32,000 nt of DNA from Caldimicrobium thiodismutans (GTDB lineage: Bacteria > Desulfobacterota > Thermodesulfobacteria > Thermodesulfobacteriales > Thermodesulfobacteriaceae), in assembly GCF_001548275.1 (NCBI RefSeq), contig NZ_AP014945.1, forward strand, positions 1,230,001 to 1,262,000. The letters are read 5' to 3'. Below, piece by piece: positions 8,083-16,966 of the stretch; the first letter of the stretch is position 1, and each line of letters starts with the position of its first letter. Below the pieces are notes generated by a model. That model worked only from the letters and a program-made list of their open reading frames with translations, was not told the origin of the DNA and searched no databases. A program made the translations under genes and the position numbers.

Positions 8083-9244
8083 CTAATTTTTCCTTGGAAA
8101 GGTTTTTGAATTCCTCCTGAAATACCGGGCCAAGAATAAGATAATCTGAGGTGTCTGCCCCTGCAGTCTCAAGGGGATTGGCTATGAGAAGATTAAAGTC
8201 CTTTTCAGCTTTTTTACTCAGGGCATAAGTTAATAATTTTTCCCTTTCTTCTAAGGCAAAGCCAATGGTAATTTGTTTATCTTTAATTTTTGAAAGACCT
8301 TTGGCAATATCTGGTGTTAGCTCAAGCTCAAGGGTAAGGGGCTCTCTTTTTTTGAGTTTACCGGTATGCGAGCTTTTGGGTTTAAAATCACAGGGAGCTC
8401 CAGCAAAAATACCTATATCCACCTCTGGGAAAATAGCTCTTGCCTGATCAAACATCTCCTGAGTAGTAAGAGTAGTTATGATTTTAGGATAGGGAATATC
8501 TGAAAAATAATTCAATTTAGGAAGCTCATAGGGAAACTCTTTATGCCCCCAGAGGAGAAAGACCTCCGCTCCTCGGAAATAGGCCTCTTTAACTAAAAGA
8601 TAAGCGGTTTTACCTGAGGAGGCATTAGTGATAAAACGAACCTCATCAATATATTCTCGGGTTGGACCACCTGTAATAAGGACTTTTTTCCCAAAAAAAT
8701 CCTTAGGTTTAAAGTGGGCCTTGATAACTTCAAGGATTTCTAAAGGTTCAGGGAGCCTTCCTTTTCCTATCTCACCACAGGCAAGCTCCCCTTCAGCAGG
8801 CTCATAGATAAGATACCCGTAAGACCTTAAAACCTTTAAATTTTCTTGAGTAGCTGGATGCTCAAGCATGACTGTGTTCATAGAGGGGAAGAGATACACA
8901 GGGGCCCTTGTTGCTAAAAGTAGGGCAAGGAGAAGTTCACTGGCCTGACCACATCTTAATTTAGAAAGAAAAGAGGCAGTAGCAGGTAAAATTAATATGG
9001 CCTCAGCCCAATTAGCTAATTCAATATGTGGCATTGAGCCTGCAGAGAAAAAATCACTATTAGTATAGGTCTTCTCACCGGTCAAAGCAGAAAATAAGAG
9101 GGGACGGGCAAATTCTTCTGCCCCGGTGGAGAGAACTGCCTTAACCTGAGCACCTTCCTTTTTTAAGAGACGAATAACCTCACAGGCCTTATAAAGAGCG
9201 ATTCCACCAGTTATTCCTATAAGGATTTTATGCTTACTTAACAC
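8045..9244 (-). CDS. coaBC: bifunctional phosphopantothenoylcysteine decarboxylase / phosphopantothenate-cysteine ligase
   Basis: The flavoprotein N-terminus 'ILIGITGGIALYKA' and the CoaB half 'ITGGPTREYIDEVRFITNASSGK' are both present. Confidence 0.92.
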   Translation of the reverse strand: MLSKHKILIGITGGIALYKACEVIRLLKKEGAQVKAVLSTGAEEFARPLLFSALTGEKTYTNSDFFSAGSMPHIELANWAEAILILPATASFLSKLRCGQASELLLALLLATRAPVYLFPSMNTVMLEHPATQENLKVLRSYGYLIYEPAEGELACGEIGKGRLPEPLEILEVIKAHFKPKDFFGKKVLITGGPTREYIDEVRFITNASSGKTAYLLVKEAYFRGAEVFLLWGHKEFPYELPKLNYFSDIPYPKIITTLTTQEMFDQARAIFPEVDIGIFAGAPCDFKPKSSHTGKLKKREPLTLELELTPDIAKGLSKIKDKQITIGFALEEREKLLTYALSKKAEKDFNLLIANPLETAGADTSDYLILGPVFQEEFKNLSKEKLATLVFDLIGRLS

Positions 9245-9656
9245 TGGTTATAAAAACAATAATACGCAGCTCTGTTTGGTACCAGCTTTCAGAAATGCTT
9301 ATAAAGGCCTGTCCATCAGGTCTTTTAAAGGCTAAAAAGGTGGTTTTAGAGGTAAAACTTCCAATCTCCTGCCAACCATTAGCCTTCATCTGAACTCTGT
9401 AAAATTCAACTAAAGCAGAGGCCTTGTAATTACCTTTAAACACAAGCATTCCTGTAAGTATTCCCCCAGTTTTAAGAATAGCGCTTTCGGAAGGTTGATA
9501 GTTTAGTCCTTTTAAGACAGGCACATTGGGAACAGGATAGGAAATTTCTTCTTTGACCTCAATCTTTTCAGGGGTAGTTACCTCCACTTTTTCCTGGGCT
9601 AAGAGAGGTGAAATAAGTAGAAAGGTCAAAAATAAACTTATGAAAACCCTTCTCAT
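9234..9656 (-). CDS. secreted hypothetical protein (140 aa)
   Basis: Signal peptide 'MRRVFISLFLTFLLISPLLAQE' and an AGGAGGA RBS. I recognise no family. The 3' end overlaps the coaBC start by 11 nt, suggesting an operon. Confidence 0.6.
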   Translation of the reverse strand: MRRVFISLFLTFLLISPLLAQEKVEVTTPEKIEVKEEISYPVPNVPVLKGLNYQPSESAILKTGGILTGMLVFKGNYKASALVEFYRVQMKANGWQEIGSFTSKTTFLAFKRPDGQAFISISESWYQTELRIIVFITSVK

Positions 9657-9721
9657 AATCTCCTCCTGATGTTTTTTTTATATTATAGTCACAATTAACC
9701 CTTTGTCAAACTTTCGAATTG

Positions 9722-10309
9722 CCCCCAAAGTTGCCGATAGAAGTTCCAAAATTTAGATACTATCCTGCTTTTGGTCTTCTTTTGCTCTTTCAGTCAACCA
9801 TTGAGAAAATTTTTATGCTCTTTTACCGGTCTTTTACAATGTTTTATCTCATCTAATCAGCCTCTACCCCTTTAAGCTTCTCAATTTTGCCTGTTTTAAA
9901 AAACACTACCCCCTCCTATTCCTTCCATCTCAATCTCAGCTCTTTGTTATTTATCCCTTTTATCCTGATAATTCTGCATGCCTGAGCCTTATCTTTTTGT
10001 AATATATCTTCATACACAGCTTCCGGGCATGTTTTACTACCTTGCCAGCTACCTCTATTATCTCCCTCAACTCTTCTATGTGCCTGCCACCTCCTATAAG
10101 CATCAGTAATATAGGCTCTATATAATGCCATGCCTTGTATCCCCTGTTTGAACCAGGCTCTGGCATATGCCTCTCTATGACATCCTTTATCCCAAAGGAC
10201 CTTAAAAACTCTGACCAGATGGCTACTGGGTGATATTATATCATCCAGAAATCTAAATACAAAAGGAGGCTTTTGGATTTTTGATTGTTTCTATCGGCAA
10301 ATTAGGGAG
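9722..10309 (-). mobile_element. internally deleted IS1380-like transposase remnant bounded by imperfect inverted repeats (MITE-like, ~590 bp)
   Basis: The inverted repeats are CCCCCAAAGTTGCCGATAGAA (9722-9742) and the reverse complement of 10289-10309 (CTCCCTAATTTGCCGATAGAA), with a 12-nt exact core and about 18/21 identity. Between them, the 68-aa ORF at 9960-10166 joins an N-proximal-type segment 'ILLMLIGGGRHIEELREI' directly to a C-terminal-type segment 'VAGKVVKHARKLCMKI'. This resembles the ISEcp1 C-terminus '...AAKIIKTARYVIMKL'. A second overlapping frame shows the coding sequence is broken. Confidence 0.5.
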
Positions 10310-10329
10310 ATATGGAATTATACAAAAAT

Positions 10330-10357
10330 TTGCAAGATAGGGATTTGTGGTTATAAT
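10330..10357 (+). promoter_or_regulatory. sigma70-type promoter for the 10386 gene
   Basis: TTGCAA (10330-10335), a 16-nt spacer, then TATAAT (10352-10357), about 28 nt upstream of the ATG. Confidence 0.45.
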
Positions 10358-10385
10358 TTAAAGAGAGGCTATTTTAGGGGGGTTT

Positions 10386-11123
10386 ATGCAAACTCAAGCC
10401 ATAGAAGATCCAAGAGAGATTGAGAAGGAGATGGATCAAACTTCTGTGATTTCGCTGGGTGATATATATAGAGCCCTTAAGGCACATCCTCAGTGGGCAT
10501 TAGAGTTGAGGAGGGTGCTTTTATCTGCGGATTTACTTGAACTTCCAGCAAGATTTGAAGAATTTGCAAAAGAGGTAAAGGAACAATTTAAAAAGATTGA
10601 TGAAAGATTTGAACAAGTTGATAAGAGATTTGAACAAGTTGAGGAGCGTTTAGATAGACTTGAGAAGGATGTTGAGGAATTAAAGAGGGATGTAGCCCAG
10701 CTTAAAATTGATGTTGCAGATCTTAAGGGAGATAACTTTGAGCGTAAAGTCAGAGAAAGGGCTCATGCCTATTTTGGGAGATTTTTTCTTAAGGTAAAGG
10801 TTATTCCAGGGGAGACCTGGCTTGAGGTTCTTGATGAAGCAGTTTCTCAGGGGATTATTACCTGGGAAGAGAGGAATTATGCTCTTGATCTGGATGTGCT
10901 TATCAGGTGCAGGAAAAAGGAAGAGCCAAGGGAGCTTCTTTTAGCAGTTGAAGCTTCAGTTTCAGCCTATGAGAAGGATGCAGAAAGGGCCTTAAAGAGG
11001 GCAGAAATTTTTTTTAAGGTCTTTCAGATGGAAACTATCCCTGTGGTTATAGCTCAAGAGATTCCTTCTGAGTTTGAAAAAAAATTTTCAATGGTAGTTT
11101 TTATTAATGTATCAAAGAGATAA
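10386..11123 (+). CDS. coiled-coil protein with C-terminal PD-(D/E)XK-like domain (hypothetical, DUF3782-type architecture)
   Basis: The central heptad-rich segment is 'IDERFEQVDKRFEQVEERLDRLEKDVEELKRDVAQLKIDVADLKGD'. It is followed by 'ERKVRERAHAYFGRFF...DLDVLIRCRK...ELLLAVEASVS...DAERALKRAEIF'. This D...E-x-S arrangement recurs in a multi-copy family of thermophile and cyanobacterial orphans. The family assignment is from memory. Confidence 0.55.
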   Translation: MQTQAIEDPREIEKEMDQTSVISLGDIYRALKAHPQWALELRRVLLSADLLELPARFEEFAKEVKEQFKKIDERFEQVDKRFEQVEERLDRLEKDVEELKRDVAQLKIDVADLKGDNFERKVRERAHAYFGRFFLKVKVIPGETWLEVLDEAVSQGIITWEERNYALDLDVLIRCRKKEEPRELLLAVEASVSAYEKDAERALKRAEIFFKVFQMETIPVVIAQEIPSEFEKKFSMVVFINVSKR

Positions 11124-11726
11124 GCCCTGTTCTTTTTTAATCCTTTGATCCACCACATATAATTGAATTGAACTTAAAAAGGGGCCTTCAAAAATTGCCC
11201 TGAAGCTGAGATCCTTCCGTTTGCTTTTTTTTGCCTTTTTTGTTGGGTATTATCAAATTTACCTTGGGCATCATTTTCTTCGAATTGCCTCATTAAAAAC
11301 CTATTTGAAAATTTATCGTTGCCTCATATAAAAAATCTCAGCTCCTCTATTTAACCTTCACGAAAAAACTATCTATTTCACCCTTCTTGAATTTACGAGC
11401 TTAGTTCTTTCGCAAAGCTTTTTTCAAAGAAAAGAGTAGGTGGAAAGGTAAAGGAGCTTTGCAGAAAGATAAGGAGATATCAGAAAATGCTTGAGAAAGC
11501 ATATTTAGAGAAAAAATGGAATTATTTTCGGGAAAAAATTGATAATAAAAAGGAGGGAGAGGTAAAATAATTTCCTTTAGAAAATTAAATGATGCATTAC
11601 GCTAAGAAGATTGCACTAATTGGAGCTTAGCTAAAGGGTCATAAGTTCATATTCTTACAAGAAAAAAGGAAGAGGATAAAAAAGGGGAAAGATGAGAGGA
11701 GAAGTAGTAGAAAAAATCCTCATGAG

Positions 11727-11783
11727 TCACAAAAGATATGGACTTATACACTTGCTTGACATTGAAAAAAAATAGTTTATTTT
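11727..11783 (+). promoter_or_regulatory. tRNA-Val/Arg promoter with conserved upstream box
   Basis: TCACAAAAGATATGGACTTATACACTTGCTTGACA contains the -35 TTGACA (11756-11761), followed by a 16-nt spacer and TATTTT (11778-11783). The box recurs almost exactly upstream of tRNA-Asn (28542-28577, minus strand). Confidence 0.5.
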
Positions 11784-11805
11784 AGTTTAAAATCTGAATC
11801 AAGAG

Positions 11806-11877
11806 GGGCGGATAGCTCAGGGGGAGAGCATCGGCCTTACAAGCCGGGGGTCAGAGGTTCAAATCCTCTTCCGCCCA
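11806..11877 (+). tRNA. tRNA-Val (anticodon TAC)
   Basis: Hand-folded cloverleaf: acceptor GGGCGGA/TCCGCCC, D stem GCTC/GAGC, anticodon arm TCGGC-CTTACAA-GCCGG, T arm AGAGG-TTCAAAT-CCTCT, discriminator A. CCA is not encoded. Confidence 0.9.
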
Positions 11878-11892
11878 TTTACTAAAGTTTCA

Positions 11893-11966
11893 GCCCCTGT
11901 AGCTCAGCAGGATAGAGCGTGAGATTCCTAATCTCAAGGTCGCAGGTTCGAATCCTGCCAGGGGCG
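11893..11966 (+). tRNA. tRNA-Arg (anticodon CCT)
   Basis: Acceptor GCCCCTG/CAGGGGC, anticodon arm TGAGA-TTCCTAA-TCTCA, T arm GCAGG-TTCGAAT-CCTGC, discriminator G. It lies 15 nt after tRNA-Val. Confidence 0.9.
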
Positions 11967-12201
11967 TAAGTTTTTCAGTTAAATTCTTTTCAATAACTAA
12001 AAATCTTAAGCCTAACAAATTTGTCTGATATAAAAAAACGAAATTGTCATAATCCTTCAATACATAATCTCTATAACTTTGGTAAATCTTGAATTTGGAC
12101 TTTAAAGAAATTGGCATATTTTTTGATAATGTATATTTGGGTCTTGACTTTTTTAAAGAATTGACTAAAAATAAAAAAAACCTAAATGAGGAGGTGGAAT
12201 T

Positions 12202-12453
12202 ATGAAGAAGTTAGTAGCTCTTTTAATTGGTGGTGCCTTTGTAGTTTCAGCTTCATCTGTTTTTGCGGTTGAGTCCTGTGTAAAGTGCCACAAGACCATG
12301 GACAAAGTGGCTGAAAACATCAAGAAGAGCGGGGCTAAGTCTGCGGATGAGCTTGTTGACTTTTTGAGAAACAAGTCTGCCAAAAAGGCCCTTCACAAAT
12401 CTGTAAAGGATGAAGACATCAAGAAGGCCTTTGCTGAAGCTGGAAAAAAGTAA
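12202..12453 (+). CDS. small secreted monohaem c-type cytochrome-like protein (83 aa)
   Basis: Signal peptide 'MKKLVALLIGGAFVVSASSVFA', a single CXXCH ('CVKCH') right after the predicted cleavage site, and a GGAGGTGG RBS. Confidence 0.7.
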   Translation: MKKLVALLIGGAFVVSASSVFAVESCVKCHKTMDKVAENIKKSGAKSADELVDFLRNKSAKKALHKSVKDEDIKKAFAEAGKK

Positions 12454-12478
12454 AAAATCCTAAAAGGAGGTGAAAATT

Positions 12479-12640
12479 ATGAAAAAATTAGTTGCCCTTT
12501 TAACTGGAGTTACCTTTCTTTTTGGTGCAGCTGGTTTAACCTTGGCTTCTGAAAAGAAAGACGCAAAGAAGGATAATGCCACTCAGAACGCAACCAAAAA
12601 AGAAGCACCCAAAGGCAAGAAAAAAGTAGAGGGTTGCTAA
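12479..12640 (+). CDS. unannotated 53-aa secreted Lys-rich peptide ending in Cys
   Basis: Hand translation gives MKKLVALLTGVTFLFGAAGLTLASEKKDAKKDNATQNATKKEAPKGKKKVEGC*. The RBS AAGGAGGTG lies 7 nt upstream. The signal peptide is paralogous to that of the preceding gene, and a strong terminator follows. The ORF is below the track cutoff. Confidence 0.55.
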   Translation: MKKLVALLTGVTFLFGAAGLTLASEKKDAKKDNATQNATKKEAPKGKKKVEGC

Positions 12641-12647
12641 ATCCTTA

Positions 12648-12672
12648 GGGGGCTTCAAAGCCCCCTTTTTGC
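12648..12672 (+). terminator. Rho-independent terminator of the two-gene secreted-protein operon
   Basis: GGGGGC-TTCAAA-GCCCCC followed by TTTTTGCTTTTT. Confidence 0.75.
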
Positions 12673-12836
12673 TTTTTAAACCACTTATTTATACTCTCAT
12701 CTTTTAAGTGGTCAATTTGAAATCTCTTTTTGTGTCTGCTCACAAATAAAAAAAATTTTTGATCGAAACCCTTTATCCTTTTTCAGGGCGTTATAAAATT
12801 CAAAAAAAATGTTTTCAATCTGTGCATCGGTGTTAA

Positions 12837-13868
<1,032 letters not shown>

Positions 13869-13870
13869 GT

Positions 13871-15157
13871 TTATCCTACCTCCCTCAAGGTCTCTCTCAG
13901 GGCCTTGAGGGTTATCTCTATTTCCTTTTCACTATGAGCAAGACTAACAAACCAGGCTTCAAACTGAGAAGGTGGTAGATAGATACCCCTTTTAAGCATC
14001 CCCTGCCAAAAGCTTGCAAACCTTTCAGTATCACAAGAAAGGGCAGATTGAAAATCCGTAACCTCTTTATCTGTGAAGAAAAGGGTAAGCATAGATGAGC
14101 ATCTCACCACTTGATAGGGAAGAGAAAGTTCTTTAAGAATTTCCCTTATTCCTTCTTCAAGGGCTTGGGTAAGATTTTCAAGTCTTGCATAGGCACCAGG
14201 TTTTTTCAGCTCTTTAAGGGTAGCCAATCCAGCTGAAACGGCAATGGGATTTCCTGAAAGAGTGCCAGCCTGATAGACTGGACCCTCTGGAGCTATTAGA
14301 GACATAATATCAGCCTTACCCCCATAAGCCCCCACTGGAAGCCCTCCCCCTATAATCTTTCCAAGACAGGTTAAATCAGGTTTTATTCCAAAATGTCCTT
14401 GTGCTCCTCCAAGACCAAGTCTAAAGCCAGTTATGACTTCGTCGAAAATAAGAAGGGCTCCATATTTTTGGGTAATATCCCTTAAAAATTGAAGAAACCC
14501 CTCCTTAGGAGGGACAACTCCCATATTAGCAGGCACTGGTTCAAGAATAACACAGGCAATCTCAGAGCCATACTTCTCAAAGGCTTCTGTCACTTTCTCT
14601 TGATCATTAAAGGGAAGACTTATGGTATGTGTAGTAAGCTCATCTGGAACTCCGGGGCTTGAGGGAATGCCAAAGGTTGCAAGCCCTGAACCAGCTTTAA
14701 CAAGCAGGGAATCTGAGTGGCCATGATAACAGCCGTCAAATTTGACTATCTTTTTTCTGCCTGTAAAGGCCCGAGCAAGCCTCAGGGCACTCATTGTAGC
14801 CTCGGTTCCTGAATTCACAAGTCGCACCTTTTCCATTGAGGGGATACACTCTCGAATAAGCTCTGCCATCTCCACTTCAAGCCAGGTAGGTGCTCCAAAG
14901 CTTGTTCCCCTTTTACTTGCAAAATAGACCTCCGCAATCACATTGGGATGAGCATGCCCCAGAATAAGAGGCCCCCAAGAGGCCACATAATCAATATAGC
15001 GATTACCATCCGCATCAATTAAATATGCTCCTTCTCCTCTTTCAAAAAAGACAGGATTACTTTTTACAGCCTTACAGGCACGCACCGGGCTGTTTACTCC
15101 CCCTGGGATAATCTTTTGAGCCTTTTCAAAGAAAAGTTCTGACCTTAGTCTTCCCAT
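13871..15157 (-). CDS. hemL: glutamate-1-semialdehyde 2,1-aminomutase
   Basis: '[11 protein letters not shown]...' begins the protein and '[15 protein letters not shown]' carries the PLP lysine context. I chose the ATG (MGRLRS) 8 nt after AGGAGG. The track ORF's TTG start at 15175 falls inside that RBS. Confidence 0.92.
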   Translation of the reverse strand: MGRLRSELFFEKAQKIIPGGVNSPVRACKAVKSNPVFFERGEGAYLIDADGNRYIDYVASWGPLILGHAHPNVIAEVYFASKRGTSFGAPTWLEVEMAELIRECIPSMEKVRLVNSGTEATMSALRLARAFTGRKKIVKFDGCYHGHSDSLLVKAGSGLATFGIPSSPGVPDELTTHTISLPFNDQEKVTEAFEKYGSEIACVILEPVPANMGVVPPKEGFLQFLRDITQKYGALLIFDEVITGFRLGLGGAQGHFGIKPDLTCLGKIIGGGLPVGAYGGKADIMSLIAPEGPVYQAGTLSGNPIAVSAGLATLKELKKPGAYARLENLTQALEEGIREILKELSLPYQVVRCSSMLTLFFTDKEVTDFQSALSCDTERFASFWQGMLKRGIYLPPSQFEAWFVSLAHSEKEIEITLKALRETLREVG

Positions 15158-15450
15158 TTTATCTTCCTCCTGCAATTTTTTGTTTATAATAAAAGCATGT
15201 CTCCTTTGCTAATAAAAAAAACGAGGGACAAGAACTCCATATCACTTAGGCTTAAAAGATCCAAAATGAGTCTGTCCCTCAACTCCCCATTTAGAAGGTT
15301 TAAGCTAAAAGCCATCGCCACACAGGAGGATGGAGTAGGGGACAACCTTAATTCTATTCCCATCAAATATTTAATAGAAGGATTAATAATTCCGAGGTGC
15401 TTTGCCATGTCTAACATTTTACCTTTCCCTATTTTCTAATAGTTGACTCC
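15158..15450 (-). repeat. bipartite intergenic repeat, copy A (between aldolase and hemL)
   Basis: Read in minus-strand sense, the upstream module is 15383-15450 and the downstream module is ~15165-15210 (GCAAAGGAGACATGCTTTTATTATAAACAAAAAATTGCAGGAGGA). They match copy B at roughly 57/68 and 40/45 nt by eye, while the interior diverges. The downstream module contains TAGCAA-17-TATAAA (15183-15211) and the hemL RBS. Confidence 0.7.
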
Positions 15451-15998
15451 CTTCGGATAAGGTATTCAAGATGACAAAGTTTTTCAAGAATCAGAGTATA
15501 ATTTACAGCCTCCTCCAAGGACTCACCCCAAGTAAGAAGGCCATGCCTACAGAGTATAACAATACGATTGTTCATGCAGAGGTTTGAGGCAAATTCCCAG
15601 AGTTTGGGGCTTCCTGCTGGAAAAGGTGGAAGCATTGAGAGATGTTTTAGAATTAATTTTGCCTCAAAGTGATAGAATTCTTTAAAATTAAACCCAAGGG
15701 CCTCTAAGGTTAAGACATAAAGGGGATGGGTATGCACAACTGCTTTAGCCCGTAAATTTTTTGAATAAATTTTATAATGAAGCCCCCATTCAGAAGAAGG
15801 GCATCCCCAAAGACACTCTCCCTTATGATTAATATAACTCAAATCCTTAGGAGAAAGGGTCTCTTTTATTTTCCCTGAGGGGGTAATAAAAAAACCCTCA
15901 TCAGCCCTTACTGAAAGATTCCCCTCTGAGCCTGAGATTAAACCCTTTTCAGAAAGATATTTTGTCCAGAAAAGGAGTTCTCCTTGAAGATTTTTCAT
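15429..15998 (-). CDS. class II aldolase / adducin-domain protein
   Basis: 'GSEGNLSVR', 'FFITPSG' and 'VVHTHPLY' (metal-binding His context) are present. The start overlaps the epimerase stop by 4 nt, and the last ~7 codons lie inside repeat copy A. Confidence 0.85.
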   Translation of the reverse strand: MKNLQGELLFWTKYLSEKGLISGSEGNLSVRADEGFFITPSGKIKETLSPKDLSYINHKGECLWGCPSSEWGLHYKIYSKNLRAKAVVHTHPLYVLTLEALGFNFKEFYHFEAKLILKHLSMLPPFPAGSPKLWEFASNLCMNNRIVILCRHGLLTWGESLEEAVNYTLILEKLCHLEYLIRRESTIRK

Positions 15999-16966
15999 AC
16001 TCTAATCTTTTGCACGAGGTCAATGTGTTTTAAAGCCCAATCAACCGTCCTTTTTAGTCCCTCCTCTAAGGATACCTCAGGCTGCCAGGAAAGCAAGTTT
16101 TTAGCCTTTTCAATCTCAGCCCAGGTAATTTTTACATCTGCCTTATGGAAATCAAGATATACCCTTTGAGCTTTTTTTTGCAAATACCTTTCCAGTATCT
16201 CTATTACCTCGTTTATGGAGACAGGATTCCTTCCTCCTCCGAGATTAATAATTTCATATCCTAAAGGTTTTAGAGCCAGAATAGTTCCTCTGGCAATATC
16301 ATCAATATAGGTAAAGTCTCTGGCCTGAGTTCCATCCCCGTAAATCTCTATGGGTTTCCCCTCATAGATCCATTTAATAAATCTAAAAATACTCATATCG
16401 GGCCTTCCTGCAGGGCCATAAACAGTAAAATATCTCACCACTGATATATCCAAACCGTAAAGATGATGAAAGGTATAGCTTAAAAGTTCAGAGGCCTTTT
16501 TAGTTGCCGCATAGGGTGAAAGAGGGGTATCCACCTTGAGGTCTTCATGATAGGGAGGCCTTTGTCCAGCATAAATTGAAGAGGTTGAGGCAAGCACCAT
16601 CTTGGAGACACCAAAATCCCTCATCAAGGTTAAAAGATTTAATGTTGCTGTAATGTTACTATCCACATAAATCCAGGGATTTTCAAGGCTTTGACGAACA
16701 CCAGCTCTTGCAGCAAGATGAATCACTGCCTCAATGGGATAAAGCTCAAAAAGAAGCCTGAGGGCGGTAAAATTACAAAGATCTAAACGATGAAATTTAA
16801 AATTTGGAAACCTTTTTAACCCGTGCAGTCTCCATTCCTTTAAGGCTGGATCATAGGCAGAATTAATCTCATCTACCCCTAAAACATTATGTCCCTCCTT
16901 AAGTAAAAATTCACTGACCCGCCAACCAATGAAACCCGCAGCTCCTGTTACAAGATAATATTTCAT
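15995..16966 (-). CDS. NAD-dependent epimerase/dehydratase (UDP-sugar 4-epimerase-like SDR)
   Basis: The Rossmann motif 'VTGAAGFIGWRV' and the catalytic 'SPYAATKKA' (YxxxK) are present. I chose the ATG (MKYYLV) after AGGAGGA. The track start at 16984 is the TTG inside the repeated RBS module. Confidence 0.88.
   Translation of the reverse strand: MKYYLVTGAAGFIGWRVSEFLLKEGHNVLGVDEINSAYDPALKEWRLHGLKRFPNFKFHRLDLCNFTALRLLFELYPIEAVIHLAARAGVRQSLENPWIYVDSNITATLNLLTLMRDFGVSKMVLASTSSIYAGQRPPYHEDLKVDTPLSPYAATKKASELLSYTFHHLYGLDISVVRYFTVYGPAGRPDMSIFRFIKWIYEGKPIEIYGDGTQARDFTYIDDIARGTILALKPLGYEIINLGGGRNPVSINEVIEILERYLQKKAQRVYLDFHKADVKITWAEIEKAKNLLSWQPEVSLEEGLKRTVDWALKHIDLVQKIRV

Noticed and set aside
9714-9724. 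The 11-mer TTCGAATTGCC, repeated at 9714-9724 and 11280-11290, considered as possible islet boundaries or att-like direct repeats.
   Set aside because: Many 11-mer matches are expected by chance in 32 kb of AT-rich DNA. The flanks do not extend the match, and the positions do not coincide with the IS inverted repeats or the tRNA ends.
9916-10166. Two overlapping minus-strand ORFs (71 aa and 68 aa), considered as intact genes.
   Set aside because: They occupy different frames of the same DNA and together look like fragments of a transposase with its catalytic core missing. I treated them as a pseudogenised IS remnant.
11487-11570. A 27-codon ORF (MLEKAYLEKKWNYFREKIDNKKEGEVK) in the long non-coding stretch before tRNA-Val.
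   Set aside because: The AAGGAG lies 10 nt upstream, which is poor spacing. There is no signal peptide, no recognisable motif, and nothing to support conservation from this window alone. The region looks like decayed sequence.
11890-12117. A 75-aa minus-strand ORF.
   Set aside because: Its C-terminal third is the antisense of tRNA-Arg (11893-11966), and the remainder is A/T-rich spacer with no RBS.
15184-15439. ORFs 15184-15417 (-) and 15197-15439 (+) inside repeat copy A, and 16963-17316 (-) and 17103-17297 (-) inside copy B, considered as real small proteins.
   Set aside because: The ORFs overlap each other on both strands and have no family resemblance. The two copies share only ~10 N-terminal codons before diverging, and the plus-strand frame is broken by a TGA in copy B. 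Conservation is at the nucleotide level at the ends only, so this is better described as a repeat element.
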